A program made the position numbers and the translations under genes. 64,000 bases of DNA. Origin: Selaginella moellendorffii (Eukaryota > Plantae > Lycopodiophyta). The DNA lies in the NCBI RefSeq assembly GCF_000143415.4, contig NW_003314347.1, positions 182,583 through 246,582 of the forward strand, given 5' to 3'. The notes beneath the pieces are model-generated. The model was not told where the DNA came from. It did not search any database and saw only the letters and a list, made by a program, of their open reading frames with translations. Shown piece after piece: positions 12,140 to 22,699 of the stretch; positions within the stretch are counted from its first letter, which is position 1; the number at the start of each line of letters is the position of its first letter.

Positions 12140-13965
12140 AGCTCTGTATGCAGGAGCATGGCCACCCCCAGATGCTGAAACGGCGTTAACAGCTACTGTT
12201 GAAGATACCCATGTTGGGCCGAGCTCACAACCTGCACAAGGTAAGGTCACGTGAGGCCTCACGCCATTTTGATTATAGATCGTTGTGAATATTCAGACAC
12301 GAGGACTGAAAAGCGCACTGGTGGCGTGTCGAAGAAGGACAAACAGACAAGCAATAGGAAAAAAGGAGGTACAAATTATATTTGCAATGGCGTGTGGTCT
12401 CATGCCATTCCTTGTAGGAGACACTTCTTCAAAGGCAAAACATGCAAGCACCAACCAAACTCAAACTGACAGTGGTCATAAAAAGCGAAAGCACGTTAGA
12501 CAGTCGTCGGGATCAGAGGCGTTTGATTCGAAAAGGAAGAAGGGCAACGAAAAGATGATAGGTAATGCCTCGCGGTCACCACCTCCTGACTCAGATTCCT
12601 ATGGTGGACTCCCCTTCCCCAATCTCAATGGAGAGGTACAATGGATGAGGGATGCTTTTCAAGTCAGGGCCACGTTTTTCTCATCTCGTCGTCTTCGAAG
12701 GGTGCAAGAACGTGCAGAAACCATGTTAAGACAGTCGGGTGAGGATACGGTCCTAGGTCACGCACTGAAACAGGCTATGGATGTCTTGTATTTTGAGATG
12801 GAGACTCGGCCAAATGATTTTCCCAAGATGGTCCTGGAAGAACAAGCCATCCAGCCTGAGCAGCCTATGGAAGAAATGCAGGAGGGGGATGAGGAGCCAA
12901 AGAAAGATAATGAGCAGGAAGAGCAGAAGGACGAAGAGGAGGACAAAGAAGAGGAGGACGAAGAAGAGGAGGACGAAGAGGACTTGGATGGTCCTCACAA
13001 TGGTGACGATCACAATAACGACGACAACGATGATGACGACAATGGCCAGCCTGAGGTGGCCAAAGAGCAGCGGAGGAAGGTCATACAAGACAAACCATCA
13101 GGTAAATAATAGTACATCCATTCCTAACCTTTTACCATTTCTAACATTGTCCATGTAGGTTGCAAAGCAAATAGTAAGTAGAGATTATTCAGTTGAATTA
13201 AGATACAAACTCTAGCCTTTAGTGTCGAGGAAGGATAGTGCCAAGCAAGGGTCGAAACGTATGTCCAATCCTTCAGAATTAGCAGTGCGCCCAAGTGATA
13301 TCAGTCCTAGTTCCTCAATAGCAGTTGATGGTAAATACAGTATAGTCGATTCAATGTGCTAATGAGTTTGTTTTTAGTAGCCAGTAGGGAGGATACCATC
13401 TCAATCGAAGGGAGATATTTGGACATGCATATGGATCCGCCAGTGGACTCTACTTGCCTGCAAGAGTCATCAAAGCTGGTGGAGGCTACTATCCATATCA
13501 ACGCCAAGCAAGCTAACCACGCTCCACTTGATGCTGCCCATACCACTGAGTCAATCTTGTCCACGTATCCAACTGACGGTGACCATGCGCCATTGGACCC
13601 GCATGAGGCCGCCCCAGCCGTCGAGCCAGTCGTATCCTCATTTCCAACGGACTCAACATGTGCCCAATCGTCTGACTACGCGCCGTTGGAACCTCCCTAC
13701 ACCGCCCCTGCTGCCTGTTCGGTCATGTCCACTTTGCCAACGGAGGCACCAGCTGAAATGGCGTGTGATCACACGCCATCGGAACCACCCCATGCCACTG
13801 TTGAGCCAGTTGTACCAGAGTCTACAGCTGAAATGGCATGTGCCCACACGCCATCGGATGCGATTGACCCCACATTGCAGAGGAGAGTATTTCCGCCCTT
13901 CACGTTTCCTCGACCAAAACCCTCTCAACGACCATCGGGAGCACCATTTGCTAATATTGTAGATG
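12140..13965 (+). CDS. Probable further cargo exons: Lys/Arg-rich linker, short helical domain, long Glu/Asp tract, Pro/Ala-rich repeats
   Basis: ORFs 12285-13109 and 13356-13997 are bounded by GT..AG intron-like segments (12241-12278, 12369-12417, 13102-13158, ~13966-14012). Exon connectivity is not proven. Confidence 0.45.
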
Positions 13966-14012
13966 GTAAAATTGACTTGTACCATTTTTTATACTGACGC
14001 ATTTCATTTCAG

Positions 14013-14875
14013 AGTCACGGCGAAGGTACTGTATCGTTTTTGATCTGAACGGTGTCTTTTTCTCCCATGAGCATGGCTCGTCCTCGAATGTCACTACACC
14101 CTCCAAAGCTTGCGGTCGCAAGTTGGTCAAAAGAGACAAATTCACATTAATCACACGGGAGAAACTGCGGGATCTAATAATGACCATGCGACACTTAAAA
14201 CAAAGGGCCGGGTTCAATTTGCAATTGGGAGTTTGGACATCCATGATGCGCCACAATGCATTAACGTTGCTACAGATGATGCACGATCAGACGCGAGTAA
14301 TATTACCATTTGACTTTCTCCTAACGCAGGAGGATTGCTTGACTATGGTCCATGTGAGGGGTAGCAAGCCCATCTTCATCAAGCCAGAGGCTGTAGTGAT
14401 GAACTGGACTGCTAGGCCAAGTGAAATCCTCATCATCGATGACTCGCCGATTAAAACTGCAGCAAACACACACACATATGCAGTGCACCCCATCTCTTGC
14501 AGTATGGAAACTAGGGAGAAGAAACCGTATGTTCTGGGGGACCTTGCAAAACAGCTTGGAGCGATGGTGATAGAGAACCGGCCAGTCCAGGAGGTGGCTG
14601 CAGAAATCAGCCAAATGGCAGATGGAACGGTATATCAGAAGCCATTTGATCGGACAGACACCAGTCATCATTTATGGCATGTATATTGTCTAGCCAAGCA
14701 CTATCCGCATCTCCATAATCTGCTCAACCGGATGGGTTCTTCGACCACTGAACATGAGCGTGGACGTATTAGAGAAGAGATGGCATTACTATTGGGTTTA
14801 AATCCTGATAGTGTGGAGAGTGATGAAATTCCAAGATTATTGTATAGGCGTTGGAGGCAAAAAATAACAGTCTGA
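14013..14875 (+). CDS. FCP1/NIF-like HAD-superfamily phosphatase domain (cargo; probable last exon)
   Basis: After a TTTCAG acceptor the frame reads YCIVFDLNGVF (motif I variant), LGVWTSMMRHNA (motif II), IFIKP and ILIIDDSPIK (motif IV). Confidence 0.72.
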
Positions 14876-15300
14876 GATGGCATGTATTTATTTAAAAATG
14901 TAACTTATTATGGCATGGGGTTCCATGCCATTGTATTAATATTAAAAGACAATTCTTTGAGAGGATTTGCATTATACTAGAAGTGTTACAGCATGTTACA
15001 GCATGTTATTGGAAGTCTACGAAGTTGTTTTATTAATAAGGGGAAAGTAAAGATTGAATGGGGACTTGGGCTCCATCTAGACTCAGAGCAACTGAGCCAA
15101 TATTAAAAGGATGGAAAGAAATTGGACGACGATGACAAGGAGAAGAGAGAGGTGAAGCAGTGGCAGGGGGAGGAGAAGTGATTGAGTAGACATTTCCTTG
15201 TTTAAAATAAAATGGCATGTGCCTCAATGCAGTTGAATTTTATTATATTTATATACTATATAAAGGTTTGGAAACCTTATTTTACAAGTGGGATAATGAC

Positions 15301-15327
15301 AATTCCCACTTTAACGAAATAGAGCTT
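15301..15327 (-). repeat. Right terminal inverted repeat
   Basis: Inverted match to 1228-1254; followed by CTAA. Confidence 0.9.
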
Positions 15328-16603
15328 CTAATGTGTTGGGTGCTAACGAATTGTGGGAAAGGCAATATTTCCCCAAGGATGGATTCCCAACCGCTCCGAT
15401 TTGGCGAAAGTGGATGCTCTAAAGGGGGGAGCGGTAAAGTAGCCAAATAACAGAGCCGTGGGCAGCCCTAGCACAAATTATAATAACTGGAACTTGGTGC
15501 TAAAAGTGGCACGATATCGAAGAGAGGATGATGGTGCCCTCAAGTAAAGAACTTTCTAGGATGGGGAGGTGGAGTTGCACCATGGGCAACGTAGGTGTTA
15601 GAGACACCTAGGAAATTGACTCTGAGAAGTCAAAATTAAAAGTTCTAAAATGCAAAGGCTATGTGGATGGAAAGTAAGACCACTCGAGAATGAATAGTGG
15701 GATTGAGTTAAAGAAGGTGTTTCTAACAGGTTTAATGAGAACTAAACCAATAAAAGGAGAGAACCACCACAAGTGGTCGAATGAGCCTCTAAGTTAGAGA
15801 GGCTATGCCCCTTAGAGGATGGACAAGGCATGGTGAGCCTTTGGTGTCAAACCATGGACAAATAATGGCTGGGTGCCAAGGATGCGAAGGGTAATACATG
15901 TTGGTATTACTTTATAAAATGATTTATCGTTCGATGAGGACATCGAATTTTGTCTATGGGTGGTGGAGTTGTGAGACACAAAATCCCTAGGCCCCATTGT
16001 GGAGCCGGAAGGGTGCCACATGGTAGTGGCCGAAGCGAACGCCAAACAAGCGTAACACGTTTGGACTAAAAGTTCCGACTTGAAAGGTCGAGAGCGGGAG
16101 TGGAACTCCCAACAAAGTGCTCGAGGAACGAGCACAAAGTGAGCAATAAGCAAGGCTCCAAAAAGGAACCCAAAACGGGCCAGCACATGACACGTGGAAG
16201 TGTCCGAGATGGAGTCCGAGATGGACTGAGATGGAGTCCGAGATGGAGCCCGAGATGGAGCTCGAGATGGAGTCCAAGATGGACCGAGACGGAGTCCGAG
16301 ATGGAGCCTGAGATGGAGTCCGAGATGGACGGGCTTGTGGACCACCGATGTGACCAAGGTGATTGAGCACGGCCTAGCATAATGGGCTGGTATGTTGGTG
16401 GTGCCTTGGGGTGTCGGTCATGGGACCGGACACGTGGAGCACTTGGACCAAGTGCAAAGGTTGAGTGGCATGGATGCTATTGTCGAGGCTAGCAAGCCCC
16501 AAGTCCTGAGTGGGACTTATGGAGGTTGTGAATGAGACTCCTTCAAGTGATCGAAGGTGTGGTTAAGTGACTAAAGTAGAATGGAAAAAATTAGTCACTT
16601 ACA
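15328..16603 (+). mobile_element. Large LTR-type repeat, right part, ending in ...TTACA
   Basis: Reverse-complement match to 58740-59796 and to 63202-63455. Contains the GAGATGGAGTCC tandem array. Confidence 0.85.
16205..16330 (+). repeat. 12-bp tandem repeat (GAGATGGAGTCC)n
   Basis: Directly visible; inverted counterpart at ~58655-58875. Confidence 0.9.
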
Positions 16604-19459
16604 CTTTGTCAAGAAGCTCCGTGAGTTGCTTCTTGAGTTCAGCCATCTCCTTGATGTTCAACCGATATGGAGCTTTCGTAGGTGGTTTAGAACCGGGAAT
16701 AACCTCAATTCGATGATCAACCTCACGGCTAGGAGGTAGCTCTGGCGGCAAATCCTTCGGGAAGATGTCCTGATTCCTCACCAACAACTCCAACATCTTC
16801 TTTGGTACAAGATCAACCCCATCACCAATTCGAACTGAGTCACCAACACTCTCAGCTTCTATCACTTGAACCCAGAAGGTCCGACATCCCCTCTTAGCTG
16901 CTTTTTGAGTGGCCTTCGCAATCAGGAACTTTGCATCCCAATCCTTTGAGGAACGCTTTTACAACTGAAAGGACACATTGGGATGTCCTTCAGACTTCAA
17001 TGTGATACGACTTTGTCCAGCACCATAAATCCCTTTTATGTATTTGTTGAAGAAGTCCATATCAAACACCATCTGAAAATCTGGTATCTTCAACACTACC
17101 AAGTTCACTTTTTCTTTCCACTTAGATATTTTTATTGGAACATCACTCACAAACTTTCTGGCTACTTGCCCACCTTCTGCAAACCAGAAGTGCATAGGCG
17201 ACATTTGCTCAGCATTCAATCCTAATAACTTAACTAAGTCTTCGGATATCACATTGTGCGTAGCTCCCGTATCAATCATCACTCGGATTCGGTGTCCGCG
17301 GACAAAGCCTACCAGATACATCAACAGATCAGTGTTTGCATTGACTGCAAGAAAAGCTTGAGGAAAGCAACGAAAGTTACTCACCTCCTCTTCCTCATAG
17401 TCTACATTGACCAACTCGTCAACCCCTTCGGCTTCACCACCACCATCTTCCCTCATGATATTAACACAAGACTTTGTCTTATGCTTGTTAGGACATTCTG
17501 ATGACCTATGTCCCGACTCTCCACAATGGAAGCAATGACCCACACTACCCGTTCCGCTAGGAGCAGGTTTTGCAGGTTGCTACTGCTTGTACCCACCAAG
17601 AGGAAGAACATAGGGCTTAGGACCAAAAGAAGCTGCTGGTGGTCTCCAACCACCACCACCTTTGTTAACCATTGCTTGTGAGCCTCTAGGGCGGAACATG
17701 CTTTCCACCTTTTGTTTCTGATCACCTTGTTTATTCCTAGAATTTTTATTCTTATTCGAGTTACCAGCATACGGTTGCTAATATTGTTCCATGAGCAAGT
17801 GACTAATGACAACTTGCTGCGCTGCCTCCTTACACTCCAAGTACGTCTTTGGCTTAAACTTCAAAATCTCATTACGAGAAAATGAACTTAAACCCTCCAA
17901 AAAATAACTCCGAGCATCTTCATCACTCATATTTGCAATCATAATGCACTTCTAAGCAAACGCATTAACGTAATGCATGAGGCCCCCTCGCTGCTTTAAC
18001 CACCGCAGCTCCGCGCGAAGTCTCAGACCAAGATCATCCGGCAAGTATTCCTTACGGATACGAGACTGCATCTTGGTCCAACTTTTTCAGCACACACCTA
18101 GCGCCACCAAGTTTTGGCATGACCGGTGAGAAAGGATTGCACGCATGCAACTTTCGTACGATCATCTAAGTCTGCCATTATGAAATAGTTTTCCATATCA
18201 TAGACCTAGTCCTCCAAAACTTGATAGTCCCGCATGCCTCTGAAGTTGGGTGGTTTCAGAGGCTTGAACTTTGAAACTCGTGCAACCGAAGGCAGCTGCA
18301 GAACTTCATCGTCCTCAGAACTCGAAGAGGAGTCTGGTTGCTTAGGCTTAGCTGGTTTAGCTACCTCAGCTTCTTTCTTCCTCTTCTTGTTCTCCTTCTT
18401 CAATTTGTGAATTTCCTTTCACAAATTCTTGATCTCAACTTCCTGAGCTATACGCTACGACGTTGCAGCATTTGGCTCTTCCTCTTTTGATTCGGCCTCG
18501 GCCTCTTCCGCAACACCTCTAGCAGGAGTTTCCTCCTCTCGATTCGCCCGTCTAGAGGTTTCAGCGTCATCAGCACGGTTCCTCTTCACCATCCTACTAG
18601 CTGCATGCATGCCTCTATTAGTAATTGAACATGCATACAACGTTCTTACTGAATGGTGCAATCCAACTAATCCTACATAAGTCACTTTGGATCTACTAGA
18701 AATGTCTCTGTGTATGCAACTTGAGTCACAAAATCCGACAAAAGTTGGATAGGAATCATTGAGACAATTCCTCTGATACCAAATGTAGTGCACCTGAATT
18801 TGGAGCCGAACTCCAAGCCCGTTGCACTACGAACGATGGTCCGGTACAATCCCACAAGCACCAGCTCCCCGTATCCAGCACCTGCACGCAAAATGGTGTC
18901 AGATGGAGTCTGGCACAATTTTGGCATACCGCTAGCCTAACACGAGGAGAAGGGTACTCCACCGACTAGAGCAGCGTGGAGTTTAAGCTTAGACCCAAGC
19001 CGGACGCAGAACAAAAAGCAACATAGCTTAGCAGGAGCCAAACTAATGTCTTCAGTGGTCGGACATGCATTCCAACCACTATCCCTACTATATATTTGGA
19101 ACCCCCCATATCCCCCCCCCCCTAAGGAACACACGCTTTGGGCTTTCACCCCAAGCCTCCCTTAGTACCAAGAGTTAGTCTCTGGGACAAGCTCAAAACT
19201 TATCAAATATGGAATAGTGCTAGATTACGAATTTGGACACGAGATGAACACCATTGTGTTCAGGCCGACCTCTACACTCCATAAATATGCCAAATGAGCA
19301 AATCTAGACACTTTCCATAAATAACATTTAGCACCGAAGTGAGACTAACACAAAGGGCATGATAACGAGGGTGTTTGGCAGACACGGTAAACTATCATCC
19401 AGCAATATTGAGGGACTAATCTCAATATGCGAGGGTTCTTGCCAAGCCAGTGCAAGACA
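16604..19459 (-). mobile_element. Truncated Ty3/gypsy LTR retrotransposon (5' LTR, PBS, gag, protease, start of pol)
   Basis: Zinc knuckle CFHCGESGHRSSEC, protease MIDTGATHN, ELPPSREVDHRIEVIPGSKPP. tRNA-Met PBS (reverse complement TGGTATCAGAG) at ~18771-18781. Candidate LTR 18784-19459 (TGTAGTGCA...TGCAAGACA). Stops and frameshifts present. Confidence 0.85.
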
Positions 19460-19926
19460 AAGCAAAAGAGAACTAAGAGCCAGACCGAGAATGCTCAGCT
19501 AGAAACACATAGGAGTTCCTACTTTATATCCATCTGACTAAGTACAGATGCTAAGCCCAGTAAACTAACACTTGGACAAAAAGGGCTACCTCCTGCCGTC
19601 ATGGCAGTAAGGAAAGAGTGCCCATAAGGATTGGCCAACAAGTATCTTTCGATACCCGAAGTCACATTCACGACACTTAAACACAGTCTAATGATTATCA
19701 ATCCATGCAAAAAAAACATCTTTATGGACTAAAGTTATCAAAAGATGCTATAAAATTGGGTAAAAACTACCCAAAAAAGCTAGTTTACCCAAGAAAACAT
19801 GAAAGCTAGTGTTGAGTAGTTAGTGGTTTGGATGAAAAGATCTCCTTACACTTGTTTATATAGAGAGGGATCCCAAAAGCTTTACCTTTGGATATCTTAA
19901 ATTTACATTTGTTTGGATTTAACACA

Positions 19927-20030
19927 TTAGCAATGAGAGAAAACAGCTTCCAAGTGCTCTAGATGCTCTTGAAAGGAATGTATGGCTAAGTAGAGATCAT
20001 CAATATACACCCACAAAGTTGTGCCAATGC
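19927..20030 (-). pseudogene. Degenerate gypsy reverse-transcriptase fragment
   Basis: VYIDDLYLAIHSFQEHLEHLEAVF resembles the YxDD..EHLEHL motif. Confidence 0.6.
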
Positions 20031-22699
20031 TGTCATAGATGCATATGTCATAAGATATTGGAAAGTTGCTCCAACATTGCAAAAGCCAAAATGAATCATA
20101 TATAAGCAAAGATCCCCTAAGGAGTACAAAATGATATTTTATCTCTGTCCAGTGGATTCACAATGATTTGGTTATACCCAAAGAAGCCATCCATGAAGAA
20201 ATAATAAAGGAAACTAGCAAGTTCATTGGTGATCTCAAAGAGATAGATTATATCATGCATGCATCTGCATTGTTAAAGAACTTGATCTTGTGCACAAGAT
20301 CTTCTATAGAAACACATAGGAGGTAATTGTAGTCCCATGTGAATACATCTTTGAAGCTCTAGAGCAAATCGATAAACTATGTCGCATCCTCCTTGTTGAG
20401 AGCACTAGAAATAAACACTAGTTCTTTGTCTCTAGATAAGAAAATCTGTTGGCAACTAGGATCTGGCTTTGTCTCAGTCTCCATCTTGGTTGGGATTTTA
20501 GCCAAAAGTGAGGCCACATATTGGGATTCCAAGCTCTTGGCTTCCTGTATAGTTGTGATTGTATCATGTGACAATTAATCAACCCAAAAAATTATCCTTG
20601 CAAGGAATGCTGGTGTCTTCAAGATGTTTGTTGACTGCCACAAGTCTCTGAGGCACCCTTGCAAACCTGGTATTCACTATTGAGTTAGCAAGTCACTAAC
20701 TATAAATCTCCAAAGAATTGGACATGGTAGAGCTTGAGTTCTTTTGTTAATTGCATGGCATTGATCATGGCCAAGTATTCAGTCTCATTCGCAAATGAAG
20801 CTGGCAAATGTGTGGAGAGCTTGGAGCCTATTTCTCCTGATCGTTGATGATCCATACACCAATGCTACCTTCTCAATATTGTGGACACTAGGCTCCATCA
20901 AAATAAACCACAAACTATGGAGTGGAAACTTCTCCAAATAAAGGAGAAGGATCCACAATGTTATCCTCTACCAAGATCAACTAGATCTCTTAGTCTTTTG
21001 CATCCAAAGTTGTAAGACACAATGCTAAGGGAGTTGGTGTTGACACTTGGGCTAGATCTTCATTGCAAAAGCAAAAGGCCATTGGGGGGAGATCTTGCAC
21101 CATGCCAAGGTCTTAATCTTCCTAAACCAATGCTATGCCCTACTCCAAAAACTGTGTAGCTTCAAAAGGTGGCAGTGATGGCAGGTCTATATGGTCTAGG
21201 AACTTAGTTTTGGAGGCCTGGATATCCAAAGGGGAGTAGTCAAAGACACTAGCCACCTCCAAAATCTCCAACTCTTGCAAACTCTTATCATGAAGCAGCT
21301 CTGGAAAAATGACTAAGAGATCATCTCCAACTTGAGTCTACACCATGCTTACAACTTTGGGCTGTCGAGAAATATTCTGTCCTCATTAGTTGAGGAGAGT
21401 TACAGAGGTTTTGTCATCTGAAATCTTCACGTACAATGTATAGTTCATCAGCCTCACTACCAGAATAGTATAAAACAAACTTATTATATTAACAAGGGAG
21501 AAATCAGCATCCTCCAGTTTTTTAGCATGACAAACTAACATCCTTCATTTTTCACAGCAAGATAACGTCCAAAACACATACAACAATCTAAACAGACTGT
21601 TAATACATTACTATTTCAAGGTTTGCGTTTTTCTAACCATCTGATGATATGTACATGGTATGTATACACAGAAAAAAAACTCTAAGCATCCGAACCTGAA
21701 GAAACCTGAATCAAGCTCAAGCAAAAGGTAAATCATTAAAGACACAAAAACGAAAACAATTAGCAAAACATTGTAGCAGCAATGTTAACATAAAGGGGAG
21801 CTGTTTGCTTCTTACATATTTGGATTGATTTGTTGCGTAATTACGTACAATGTACACACTAACAGGCTAGTCTTGACCCCAAACTCCCAGAAAAAATCAT
21901 GAAGGGCGTTTTTCTTTTTCAAATTCGGATTCACAATGCATGAACATGGCTTTGGCTCGTTCCATATCTCCACATCTGCCATACATCTGGACCGGCTTGT
22001 TTGCCAAGTAGCGATTCCTGTAGTGGCTGCTCTGCAAGATGGAGTCGTGGATTGTCCTGCCTCTGCCGAATGCTGGCAAGAAAGGTATGTAGCTTCCTTG
22101 TTCAACTTGCTGTATTTGCTGAGGCTGCTCTTCAGGTTCATAAGATTGTGAATGATTTGTTCGAAAGCAGGCCGAAGCACGTCCGCCTAAGAAGGATCTC
22201 CATCGTTTTGTAAAATGGCCGAAGTATGTTCGAATCCAGAGTTTTGAATCTTCGACTGCTGAAGGTTCCTCCTACGATCAACCAATTCACCAGCTTGATC
22301 AGCAGCATGATCACGATTTTGTAATGCTGAAACTTCCTTCACCAGCTGCTGCTTTGTTTAAAATGCTCTTGAAGAAGAATGAGAGGATATTGAAGAGGGC
22401 TGGAAGAAGCCACTCGTTTTCAAAGATGGTTTCCGGTGAATAAACTTACTGTGATAATAAAACAGAATAATTTATTAAGTTCTTTATTTGTAGTTATTTA
22501 ATAAATGAGTATGCTCCTTTTAAAAATATTACTCAGCATTTTATTAAAATCCAGATCCAAAACAGCGCCGCTGTGTTGGAACGTTACATTGTGCTAATTG
22601 TCAGCCAGAGCCTTCCTCCTTTTTAATCCTCATCTCCGAGTTACCTATAAGCTACCACACGGATCAGTGGCTCATTTAAGGACACGACCTGAGGAACAA

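Larger units (their letters stand above)
1770..15230. repeat. Dispersed 22-bp palindrome family, consensus ATGGCRTGWGGCCWCAYGCCAT (>20 copies)
   Basis: Copies start at about 1770, 1859, 2459, 2616, 2762, 4104, 4161, 6007, 6077, 6113, 6283 (cut by gap), 6993, 7068, 7911, 7990, 9342, 9419, 9479, 10756, 12246, 12387, 13758 (perfect palindrome), 13833, 14910 and 15212. Degenerate copies at ~2266, 2379 and 7732. Confidence 0.92.
1228..15327. mobile_element. ~14.1 kb Sola1-like cut-and-paste DNA transposon with cargo genes
   Basis: TIRs at 1228-1254 (AAACTCTATTTCGTTAAAGTGGGATTT) and 15301-15327 (reverse complement AAGCTCTATTTCGTTAAAGTGGGAATT) match at 25/27. CTAA is duplicated at 1224-1227 and 15328-15331. 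The joined flanks match the empty site at ~59793, which has a single TTAG. Internal DDD-type transposase. Confidence 0.88.

Noticed and set aside
1770-15230. CRISPR array interpretation of the palindromic repeats
   Set aside because: Spacing is irregular (tens of bp to kb), copies lie inside genes and introns, there are no cas genes, and the context is eukaryotic.
15812-16380. Overlapping ORFs with SRTP/LGLH repeats (also 58330-59167)
   Set aside because: Translations of a stop-free 12-bp tandem repeat within an LTR.
20100-22450. Possible decayed TE or gene remnants
   Set aside because: No motif could be identified with confidence.
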